A model generated the notes under the pieces. That model saw nothing but the letters and a program-made list of their open reading frames with translations. It was not told the origin of the DNA and did not search any database. From contig MU004193.1 in NCBI GenBank assembly GCA_010093605.1, forward strand, positions 1,557,520 to 1,621,519: a stretch of 64,000 bases of DNA. The letters are read 5' to 3'. This DNA comes from Lophium mytilinum (lineage: Eukaryota). A program made the position numbers and the translations under genes. This document shows positions 50,613-61,348 of the stretch, piece by piece; position 1 is the stretch's first letter; every line of letters starts with the position of its first letter.

Positions 50613-52292
50613 ATGTCCCTACCATCATATCTCCAGTATCGAAGATTACAGACAGGTATTCGACAACAAGAACGAAGGTCAGCTAAGTCTTGGAAAAATC
50701 GTTACATAGATTAAACTGACTTGGGAAGACACGAAACCGAAGCTGCTAGAGTGACAAGCCATTCGCAGCCCAATCACCTCGATTCCACCACCGTCGATAC
50801 AGAACAGAGCAGTTTCATCATCGTGACATTCTCGGATGTCAACGACAAAAACAATCCTCGGAATTGGTCATTTACAAAGAAAGTGTGCACTACACTCATA
50901 CTCCTCTTCCCCGGTCTTGTGGGGGGATGGGCATCAGCCAACGACTCTACAATCATCCCTCAGGCGCAGAAGACTTTTGGAGTCAGCACCATCACCGAAT
51001 CTCTCTCGACTGGGCTCTACTTGATTGCGTTTGGTCTCGGCAGTCTGGTTGCAGGCCCGTTTTCAGAATCGGCTGGCAGGATCCCCGTGTTCGTAGGCAC
51101 GTCGGTCATATTTATGTTGTGTATCCTACCATCAGCTCTTGCACCCAACATAGAAACGCAGCTGGCTTTTCGGTTCTTCGCCGGCTTGGTCGGTTGCACG
51201 GCAATTACAACTTTCGGCGGGTGTGTGGCGGATCTTTGGGCACCAAATGAACGGACCCTCGTCTTCTCACTGGCATCCTGCATCAACTTCTGTTGCGTTT
51301 TTCTCTCGCCAGTCGTTGGTTCCTTTATTGGAGAGAGCACGACACTGAGCTGGAGATGGACGGAGTGGATCGTGCTCCTGGCCAGTGGCATTTCTACCAT
51401 TCTGATTGCTCTGCTCGGATATGAGACGTACGCGCCAAAGATCCTGTCATGGAAGGCCGCTATACTGCGTCACGAAACCGGCAACGATCGCTTTCGGTCA
51501 GAGAATGAACTCAAGCTAGAGCCTCTCTGGCGTCGGCTGCTGAATAGTACTTGGCGCCCTTTTGATATGCTCATCCATGAGCTTTCTGTGGCGTTATTTA
51601 CCGTTTACCTCATGGTGCTATTCGTTGTCTCTTTTACCTTCCTGACTGGATATACATACCTCTTCGGCGGTATCTATGGCATGTCACAAGAAATTGTGGG
51701 GCTCTGCTTTCTAGGCCTTGTCGTTGGCATCCTCTTTGCCGCCGGGTTGGCCATCCCCTTACATATCAAGTACAGCCGCGATCTTCACGCAGCAAAGGCG
51801 AAAGGCTTCGAGTCTCTTCCTCCGGAGGACCGGTTATGGTTCGCTATCATCACTGCTCCATGCCTACCTGTCGGCTTGCTTTGGATGGCATGGACCTCCT
51901 TTTCATCCATCAGTCACTGGAGCAGTCTGGTTGGAAGCACCCTCATCGGCGTCGCCTTCCTCGGAACATTCATCTCGTCCTATCTTTACACGTTTGACGC
52001 ATTCGAATCCTCGGCTGCCAGTGCGCTGTCGGTTGGGGCGGTCGTCAGGTACGTTGCTGCTGGGATCATGGTACCGGTTTCGATACCAATGTATGAGAAG
52101 TTGGGGGTACACTGGACCTTGACTCTCTTGGGTTGCATTAGCACGATTCTGACACCGGTGCCATTTGTTATGTGGAAGTATGGAGACGCAATTGGAAAGA
52201 GAAGTAGAGTGGCCAGGAAAAAAGCGCTGGCTGAGGGTCGACATGTTCAACCCAGTGAAGGACCCGCACCGGTTCCTTTGGGGTCGGTGTAA
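50613..52292 (+). CDS. MFS transporter, DHA1 (12-TM) type
   Basis: ATG 50613, intron 50678-50728; NPRNWSFTKK, GPFSESAGRIPV, WRWTEW, ETYAPKIL, PPEDRL, ASAL. Confidence 0.9.
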
Positions 52293-52661
52293 TTGCAGTC
52301 ATCTCATGGATGGCCCTACGCAAATGGAGGCAATTGCGACCAGAATTGATGGGCTGTAAAAAACTGGACTCTCCTAAAGAGCAAACTATTATGCTTTACT
52401 GAAAGACTTATAATTCACTACACTGCTGTCACTCTGACGTGCCTGGGCTCTGAATAGGATGTATTATCAAGTCTAGAGCTTCGTCAGAATTATCTTGACT
52501 CTCCCAAGGAAAGGTGAGGCTGAACGTAACTCTCGAATCAATCCCGCTTACGAAAACTACGCGACGGTTGTGGGGGAATTGGGAAAGAGAGGAAGAATAT
52601 CCGAGCAGGCTGTGAAAATGATGTACGCAGTTGAGGTAATGAAACATGTCGGGTACTCTAG

Positions 52662-53704
52662 TCATGTGAAGGCTATTTTTTGCAAAGCCTCATACATCTG
52701 CGTAGTTGTCATATTGTAATCCGGTTTAAAGCCATCATACACCCACATATGCTCGAAAAGTCCGAAGAGGCCGAACACCTTATCTCGCCGATCTGTACAT
52801 AGCTTGTGTCGCATGCTATGAGCGACATCGAGAATGTCAGGGGCGGTACGGTGAGTTCCACCCCAGCTCCGATCGAGCTGGTTTCCAATCTGGAGATCCA
52901 ACATGTCGAGCAAAGGTTGCATGTTGACCGTCCCAAGCCCCATCTGTTCCCACTGTGGTAGGATCTCGGCGTATTTGATCATTCTAATGAACCGTCCTAC
53001 CGCTACACTATCATTCGACTGCCATTTTACTTTATGTTGTCCGCAAATTAGAACTGCAGTGCCGGACCGTCCGACCTCTTGAACTACCCATATCCTCTGG
53101 AACCATGACCGGTTCATGATGTCCAAGAGGCCAGCTTGTACAACGGATGATGGATAATGTTCCCAAATCGGATGAGGCTGCGGTCGGGGCTCGTTTGCAA
53201 AGTAGCCAAGGACCTTCATACCAACAACAGTATTAGGGGTTGCTTCGCCTAGCCATACTAGAACCGATGTGGCTTGCTCATATATCAGTCCCATCATGGC
53301 AACCTGCTGATTGCGCTCTTCGATGTCGCCTTGGTTGATGCATATATAGTCAACCCAATTAGTCCTATGAGAGTCTGGAAATCGTAAATGGCGGAGAGCA
53401 GCTTCCAGTGATTTCGTGACCGACACAGGAGTATCATCAACCAAAATGGTTGCACAATCGCCCGTTCCACCCCATACATAAGACAAAGCTTCGAATGATT
53501 TTCGTGCCGGCCCTAATGTATGGCATTTCAAGCTGCCACTTATGACATCACCATCGAAACCGGGATGCAGATGAAATAGACGAAAGTCGCTTCTTTCACG
53601 CTCGAGGGGAGTAAAATGGACTGGGGCATCTCGCTGTTCAGGTATTTAGCGTGCGTGAAAATTTGCCGAGAGACGCATCTGATACCAGAGTGGGTACGTA
53701 CCAT
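52662..53704 (-). CDS. Short HET-domain protein (about 324 aa)
   Basis: ATG|intron 53634-53701|RDAPVHFTPLERERSDFRLFHLHPG; FEALSYVWG, WVDYICINQGDIEERNQQVAMMGLIY, WFQRIWVVQE, CTDRRDKVFGLFGL, PDY; start could extend to 53866. Confidence 0.85.
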
Positions 53705-54504
53705 TGCTGCGGAAGTGGCATGACTGTTCGTTTCTTCTGAGGTAACGCGTAGCCAAAAGCCAAAGGAGATAGTGTGAACCGTGGAGATCGGCAGAAGGTG
53801 ACCTAGTCCAAAGCATGGAAACGTGAATTGCCACGCTTTGACGATATGCTCGAGATACGAGAACATGTCTGGTCACTGTACAGCCTTGTGCGTATTCAGA
53901 CGCTGCCCCAAATTCTATAGAGTACTCTACTGACGAGAAATTATGAAAGTATGAAATTGTGAGTGTCGAAACAACTGAAATCTAATCGCATTTGGGATGG
54001 AGTAATGTTAAGTGTAACATGAAGGCTACGAAGCAAAACTGAGCACAAAGGGGAGAGAGAGTTGGCCTACCAGGCTGCTGCCTGCCGTCTGCCAAGAAGA
54101 AGCGCAGGATCATCACGCGACCGTTTAATCACGTGAATTTCTTCTCACATTTCATTCGTCCTGTCAATGCTTTCTACTTGATAGGCCTTGATGCGGTGTA
54201 CTGTACAGCTATCTCCCTAGAGCTCGTTGTTTGCATCGCAAGTTGATGAAATAGCTTACTTTTTGACACCTTGGTATTATGATTCTTTTGGAACCCTCCA
54301 AAACACTACCGTGGTCTGCAATGGCACAGCTCAAATCAGAAACGGTACTGATCGTGGCATTATAATCTTGCGGGGGGTCTTCCAAGCACTACCATGGTCC
54401 GCACCGGCACATCTCTAGTCAAAAATTGGAATCCTGATCGATGCAGAGCATTTTGTAATATATGAGATATGCCTTCTCACCTTTGAACTCATCTCCTTAA
54501 CAGG

Positions 54505-54530
54505 ACACACACACACACACACACACACAC
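54505..54530. repeat. (AC)13 microsatellite in the 5' region of the secreted-protein gene
   Basis: Perfect AC dinucleotide run. Confidence 0.95.
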
Positions 54531-54603
54531 GAAAATTGCTACTCAAGAACATAGAGTCCTCTTCTTTTGACAAACGTAGCCACATAACCTACCACTCCTC
54601 AAC

Positions 54604-55914
54604 ATGAAGCCAACCGCCCTTCTCTTCCTCGGCCTCGTCGCCTCCCTCCCCGGCACTCTTGCTACCCCCATCCTTTCTCAGAATGGGTCTGCTAAGACTG
54701 GACGCCCGTCTACGACTCATTCTGAGCTGAAAATGGCCCATTTCCACGAGCACATTCAGCTGCATGGTACACCCACAGACGCGACAAGCCTGTTTCACAT
54801 TCCAGACTTCATCGAAGACTCCTTGAAAAAGCATGGCAGGCCCAACACCACCAAATACGTTCTCGATGATATTTCTGGCTTCCTAGACAAGCTCAACCCG
54901 TCGGCTAAGCCCTCTGCCACACCTTCTCCCAACCCCTCTCCCATTCCCCACGCGCCGCTCCGCTGGGAGCTCAGCCCGCACGAGAAGATGTGCCACAACA
55001 AAGCCGCTCTCCGCATCATGCGGACCAACTGCGAAAAGTGGTACGCAAAGGTGCTGAAAGACCCGAGCTTACGCGACCGCAAAAGGAACAGAAAGCCGCA
55101 GTCGGTCCGCGATGCTGGGTGCGCCAGTAAGCACTGGGACGAGATGTCGTCATGTAATGAATATGCGGCGAAGACGTGGAAAAACTTTAACTATGACAAT
55201 GATGGGATTGATAAGCGGGAGGGGTTTCAGCCGGGGTATGCTAGGGAGCAGGAGGACAGAATGAAACCGGGCCCCGAGAAAGACAAGGTGAAGAAAGCGC
55301 GGGAGGAGAAAGAGAAGGGGTGGATTCAAGATGCGAAGGATTGGAGGGAGAAGACGGGGAGGTTCAAGGTCGAGGGGAAGAGTGAAGTTAAGGATAAGGA
55401 GAAGCCTCCTGAACGCCACGGGGACAACGCCCTAGAAACGCGAGGTGACCAGCCGTGTAAATTATCAGACATCACTGACGCAGCCATGCTCCACGACCAA
55501 AGGCTTAAGTTCGGTTCGGAAGGCAACGTGCCGCCCCCCTCTACCCTCCAGAAGCGGGGCAGAAAACGTGATATCGATTGCCTCCTCTCCCACCTCATCC
55601 ACCGCCAAGAACACCTTTGCGAGGACTACGAGATCTTCATGCGCAAGCACCCGCAGTACGACCCCGGCCCCGAGAACGAGCTGCCGGGCGGAAAGTGGAC
55701 CCCGGAGCGCGCGCAGCTGGACCACATCCAGTACAAAGATGGGGGCGTAGAGACCGAGTTCCCGAAGGGGTATCCGCTGCCGCCGCGTTCGAAATTGAAG
55801 AAGCCGCCGAAGGGCGGGTGGGAAGAGCCGCCGGAGGATGGGTTTTCGCACTCGCAGAGGTGTTGGGATGGGTGCTATATCGGCGGATCACCGTTGAAGA
55901 AGAAGAAGGAGTGA
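54604..55914 (+). CDS. Secreted protein, candidate effector or multi-peptide precursor, 436 aa
   Basis: Signal peptide MKPTALLFLGLVASLPGTLA; 9 Cys; Kex2-type sites IDKR, LETR, LQKR, GRKR; TATA-like aatatat near 54458. Confidence 0.75.
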   Translation: MKPTALLFLGLVASLPGTLATPILSQNGSAKTGRPSTTHSELKMAHFHEHIQLHGTPTDATSLFHIPDFIEDSLKKHGRPNTTKYVLDDISGFLDKLNPSAKPSATPSPNPSPIPHAPLRWELSPHEKMCHNKAALRIMRTNCEKWYAKVLKDPSLRDRKRNRKPQSVRDAGCASKHWDEMSSCNEYAAKTWKNFNYDNDGIDKREGFQPGYAREQEDRMKPGPEKDKVKKAREEKEKGWIQDAKDWREKTGRFKVEGKSEVKDKEKPPERHGDNALETRGDQPCKLSDITDAAMLHDQRLKFGSEGNVPPPSTLQKRGRKRDIDCLLSHLIHRQEHLCEDYEIFMRKHPQYDPGPENELPGGKWTPERAQLDHIQYKDGGVETEFPKGYPLPPRSKLKKPPKGGWEEPPEDGFSHSQRCWDGCYIGGSPLKKKKE

Positions 55915-56861
55915 GTGGGGGGGTTTGAGGGGGACGGTTGGAGGCTAAATCTTAGAAGATGTTGGGGAAATAGGCTAGATTGGAATTAGGCTTTAGGTGG
56001 GAGAAGTACTTCTTGTCGGTACCCTTTGTAGAAATTCTTATAAGTGGAAGTAGAAAATGTAGAACAATACGGCTCGTCCGACAAGACAGCTTCCACAAGT
56101 GGGTGCGTGAGGATATGGAGTGTGGGTGATGCTGGAAGAAAGCCGTCGATAGTAGAGCCTAATACTCCAGCGTATACAACGAATCGAACACTTAATATCG
56201 GGCGGTATGTTTCCCATGATTTGGTGATGCAGCGGAGGTGCTTCATGCCGATCGGGGAGCAGAAAAGTCCTCGGAATGAGATGGTCCAAACTCGACGCTT
56301 CATGTTCGCTTTGCGGATGGTTGACGCTCTGGCCTCTGCGGTGTACTGTACTGGCGGAGGTTTCTCGAGAAGCTTCACAAATGAGCGACATCTTCCAATC
56401 CATGGAGACCAAATCGGAAAACACTTTTCGTGGTGCGTTTTCAGGGTTTATGAACCTCTCTGTAGGACTTCGCAACGTTTTTGAACTTCATCGGAACTGT
56501 TCCCCCGCTATTATGATCCATCTAGTCAATCCATGGGAGTACTGGCAGCATGCGAAAATAATGACGCTTGTTCTTTACACATTAGCACGATTGCCTCGAA
56601 TTGAGGGGGCAGCGATGACGTTGTTTCAAGGCGTTCAAAACCCTCGTATTTGTCAAGTAGATGAAGCTTGTGAAACAGGATACTCAATGTCAAGAACTTG
56701 TCAAAAGAGCGGTTTCGACTTCAAATCTTACTTCTCTTCACTGTTCATCCAAACCAATCGTCCTGGTTGTATCGTACACCCTTCAATGAAATCCCCTCAT
56801 GATGGCGGCAGCTGACCGCATCATCTTTGTGCATCCACGGCACATCTGGGAGCAAGAAGGC

Positions 56862-57362
56862 TTAGTAGCGGCTTACTCCCGACGTCAAAGTGAGAGGATA
56901 TGGGAACTTACGAAACCCAACATACTCTGTCATCCACGTATAGTCTTTCGTCGGCTCTACAACCTCCCAAGCCCCATTTTCCACCGTCGCACCGCTCACG
57001 ACGATGTTGTAGTACTTCGTCAATCCGTACTCTGTGTCTGCCATTTTCCCGCTTGGGACGAAGCACTCGTGTTTGATTTTTTCTGGTGGGAACTGGTCAC
57101 AAAGGTTAACACTGTGACTAATGTAGTGCAAGAAATAGAGCCTGGAGGTGGGGAAAGATGGTTTCGCGCCTACATAGAAATTGCAATCAACTTCTCCGGG
57201 GCGGCACCAATCCCCAATCACGATGCCGTTGACATGTGGCTGGACAGGCTCAACCCTCCAAGTTTTTCGTGGCCGGGCACGGTACTGCGGTGGCTTCGGC
57301 TTTTCTTCCATGGCAGAAGACGAGGCGGGAAGCTGGGATGGTGAGGTCATATCGCTGCCCAT
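56862..57362 (-). CDS. Divergent DUF427-like (NTP_transf_9) small protein
   Basis: EYGLTKYYNIVVSGATVENGAWEVVEP...YVGF resembles the DUF427 pattern KG-A-YY-x-V-V-G...ENAAW-x-Y-x-x-P...VAF; TATA (tatatag on minus strand) near 57422-57428. Confidence 0.5.
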   Translation of the reverse strand: MGSDMTSPSQLPASSSAMEEKPKPPQYRARPRKTWRVEPVQPHVNGIVIGDWCRPGEVDCNFYVGAKPSFPTSRLYFLHYISHSVNLCDQFPPEKIKHECFVPSGKMADTEYGLTKYYNIVVSGATVENGAWEVVEPTKDYTWMTEYVGFRKFPYPLTLTSGVSRY

Positions 57363-57555
57363 GTAACTCAATTTATCGTGAATAATGTTTGAGGGTTTGG
57401 AATAGCGGAAGTGTTAGCGCTCTATATACCCATTCGGGCTTTCTTAAGAGTTGTCTGCCTGAACAATTAGCCTTGAGTATATTGCGTTGTCGTGTGGACG
57501 AAAGTTAGGGACTGCTTAGCCACCTTGAACCATTGTAATATTTCCGATCACGTGA

Positions 57556-60500
57556 TGTAAGAATTTAGAGGACAATAGATATTAATTCTATATAGGAATC
57601 TAGCTAGGCTATATATATATTAGAGAGGCCCGTATAGGCCTTAATTATACTAGATCTATATAGAAAAGTATTTCTATAGTAGATCTATATATTATATATA
57701 TAATATCTAAATATTAACTATATATTAAAAATTCTATATTCTTTTCTTCTAGATCTAATTTACTATTAAATTATATTTATAATAGTATATTATACTTACT
57801 ACTTTATACTATATATTATTAGTATATTAGGCTATTAGCTTCTTTAGAAGCTTTAAAGCTTCTAGAAGTATATAATACTATAAAAGGTGCGTTAGTAGGC
57901 GGTAATATTATAGTAATATTACCTAAAAGGGGTTTAGAATTCTTTAGAGGTCTACTACTATATTAGTAGAGAATAATAGAGGTATTAGAATATTTAATAG
58001 CTTAATAGTAAAAAAGAATTAGAAGAGATTATAAAGTATTTATAATAAAGGGAATTATAAAGTAATATAAATATTAGTATGCTAGCGCGCATTAGGTTTT
58101 AATATATAATTAAAGCTATAATAGCTAATAATAGGCTTATTAGAGATCTTATAAAGTTTCTTATAATCTAGTAAGAAGCTTATAATCTTATATAGGTCTA
58201 AAAAGCTATTAGTATATTATAAAGTAGTAAGTAGTAATCTAAAAGTAATAAATTTAAGAATCTAGAGTATATATAAGGCCTTTTTAATACTTTTATACTC
58301 TTTCTTCTATACTTAACTTTCTTCTTTAAAATTTAAGCTTCTTTTAACTTTAAAGGTTTATTAAAGACTCTTATAGCTTTTCTTCTTATTACTATTATTT
58401 TTCTTTATTAATTCTTTTATTAGGACTCTCTTTCTCTTAGCTTTTAGGCTACTTCTTCTTACTTTAAGTTAGTATTATAATATTACTTAATACCTAGCTA
58501 GATTCTATAGCCTCTAGCTTACTTTATTTAGAAAGAGGTAGAGATAGAGGTAATAATTCTTTAGACCCTAGCTATAGTTATAAGGTTCTACGCTCTTATA
58601 AATTCTTAGGTATTTTAGCTTATAAAGCCTTATAGGCCTATAGTAAGTTTCTAATAATAGTTTAACTCTTTCTCTTAATAAAGCTAATAAAATCTAGTTA
58701 CTATTATACTTATATTAATTATTAACCTTTTAATAGTCTAGAGGTTCTATAATTTATACTATATATAGCTAATAGCCTTTAATAACTCTATTCTACTTTT
58801 TTAAGCCTTCTAATACTATACTATAGCTCCTAATTATCTAAACTACGCTAAATACCCCCTAAAATTTAAAGGTAGTAGTAGAGCTTAAAGAAATATACTA
58901 CTTTAAGAGTTTCTTAGTAATATTAGAAATAATAAACTAATTTTAAATAAAAACTATAGCTATACTTTACGCTTTATAGGGCTTCTTAAATAGTATTTAG
59001 GCTTAAAAGTAGATTATAGTAAGAATTCTAGAGCTTCTTCTACCTTTAGGGCCTATAACTACTACTTAAGAATATTCTTAGAAGGCTATTAGTTTAGTAA
59101 ATATATTTAGGCTTATAATCTAGATAGTTTTTCTCTCTATTAAGAATTCTATATAGAATATTATTAGTAGAGTAGTAAGGGGACTTATTTATTCTAAGGT
59201 AAGTTTAGCTTTACTTTTAAAGTATCTTAGAACTTAGCTAATACCTATTATAGAAGGGTAGACTCTAATAGCTTATTAAAAGACTACTAGAGCTTATATT
59301 TAATAAGGTTACTATAATATTACTAAGTTTATATCTTCTCTTTATAACTAAGAATCTCTTAAGAACCTAGCTAAGAATATAGTATGCCTAGCCTTAGCTA
59401 TATAGCTACTAATAGAATTAATTTAAAAAAAGACTACTATACTACTATATAATCTAGATATTTTTTATACTTCTAAATCTTTAATAGCTTAATATTACCT
59501 ATAAGGCTCTAGTAGTACTTCTACTTAGGCTTTTAGTTTAAGATCTAGCTTCTAGTAATTATCTATAGCTATATTAGGTTTAGAAAATATAGCTACTTTA
59601 GGTTCTAGCACTTAAGATCTAAGGTAATACTTTCTAACCTCTTCTACTTAGCTCTTAACTTCTCTAATTTCTTTAACCTCTTATTATTCTTCTTTAGGTT
59701 CTCTATAGCGCTTTTAAGAGCCTACTTCTAATATACTATTAAGCTGCTGCTTATTCTAGTTATCTATTAGTAATAATAATAACTCTACTAGAGAGACCTC
59801 TCTAAACTCTACTTAGTATTAGATAGGCTTTCTAAATACTATTCTCTAGAAGAATAGGGCTAGTAAGTATAGCTAAAATATATTAACTTAGAGTGCGCCT
59901 TTAAAATAGCCTTAGAAGAATAATAATAGCTATTCTAGTAGTAGTAGTAGCTATAGAAGTCCTAGTAGAAAAAGTTCTAGTAGTAGAATAGCTACCTAGA
60001 AGAACTAAGAGTATATTAGCTTAGCTAGTATTAATAGAAAAGTATTAATTTTCCCTTCCCTTCTAGATATAAGAAGGGTTAAGTATAATAGAAGTATAAG
60101 CCTAGCTTAGTTAATCTCTAATATAGGTTCTTAAATTTATTATCTTTTTAATTCTCTAGAGATAAAATATAGCTAAATAAGTAATAATAAAGAATTAAAC
60201 GCTTAAATCTAAATTAATAAAGGAAAATCTAGGTAATAAATATATAGAGTTCTTTTAATACTCTATTAGCTTAGAATAGAAGCGCTATTTAAGCTCTCTT
60301 ATACTTTCTTCCGCGCAACTCTATATTAAGAGCTTAGGTAGATTATATTATAGATGTATTAAAATTACTATCTAAATCTAACTTATAATTACTACTAGTA
60401 TTCTTATTATCTTTAATATCTATTATACTAGCATTACTACTAGAGGAGCTCTCTAATTAAATATTAGAGTTAGCATTCTTATTTAAGAACTTATTATTTA

Positions 60501-61338
60501 TACGCATTTTAGTATTCTTAGCTCTTAAGTTAATTTCTTTATTCTATAGCTCTGTAGTATTATTAGTTTAAATAATAGTATTACCCCTTAGCTATATAAT
60601 AATAGTATTTCTATTATACTTATTATTATCTTAGTATATAGTATTAGGTAATTAGGTAGTAGTATTTATACTTTTAGGTATTCTATTACTATCTTAAGCT
60701 ATTTCTAATAGTTTTCTATTATTAGTATCTATAGCTAGTACTAATACATTATTAGGTTATTCTATAGGTACTGCGTAATTACTAGTTCTCTATAGAATAT
60801 TAAGCTTATTTTAACTTATCTCTAGCTTATATATATAAACTTTCTAATAGGTATTTATAGTAGTTTTACCTATATCTTTATATTATATAACTATAAAGCT
60901 AGTAACCTATACTAGTATAATAGTTAATTAATTCTTCTTAGGTTTCTTTTTCTTAGTAGCCCGTTAGTCTCTCTTAAGAACTTTCTTTTTAAAATCTCTT
61001 AGTATTTAATATAGCTTTAGTTTAGGCAGTTTCTAAGTATTCTTCTTTTCTTTCTAGAAGAGCTCCGCGCCCTTATACTACTATTTTAATTAATACTTAG
61101 TAATCTTCTAATTCTATTCTACTTTAGAAATTATAGTAAACTTAGACTATAGCTTTCTATTAGTATTATCTATATTTAATGCATCTATAATAGTATTATT
61201 ACTAGATTTAATTTCTTCTTAATATATAGTACGCTCTTTATTAGTATTATTAAAATTCTCTTAGTTTTAAAGTACTTAGTTATTATTAGGGCTTAAGGTT
61301 AGAACGTTAGAATTATTAGATTAAATAGTATTAATATT
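57556..61338. mobile_element. AT-rich RIP-degraded repeat DNA of unassigned family
   Basis: Abrupt drop in GC, near absence of CpA/TpG and excess TpA; left edge begins TGTAAG (possible LTR/element terminus); no pol motifs recognised. Confidence 0.7.
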
Positions 61339-61348
61339 NNNNNNNNNN
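61339..61348. other. Assembly gap (10 N)
   Basis: Run of n characters. Confidence 1.

Noticed and set aside
36377..52292. Secondary-metabolite gene cluster (two MFS pumps and a TF)
   Set aside because: No PKS, NRPS, terpene synthase or tailoring enzymes, and housekeeping genes are interspersed
55986..56815. Overlapping 130-179 aa ORFs on both strands
   Set aside because: No ATG-led, motif-bearing frame could be chosen; may be a decayed gene but unsupported
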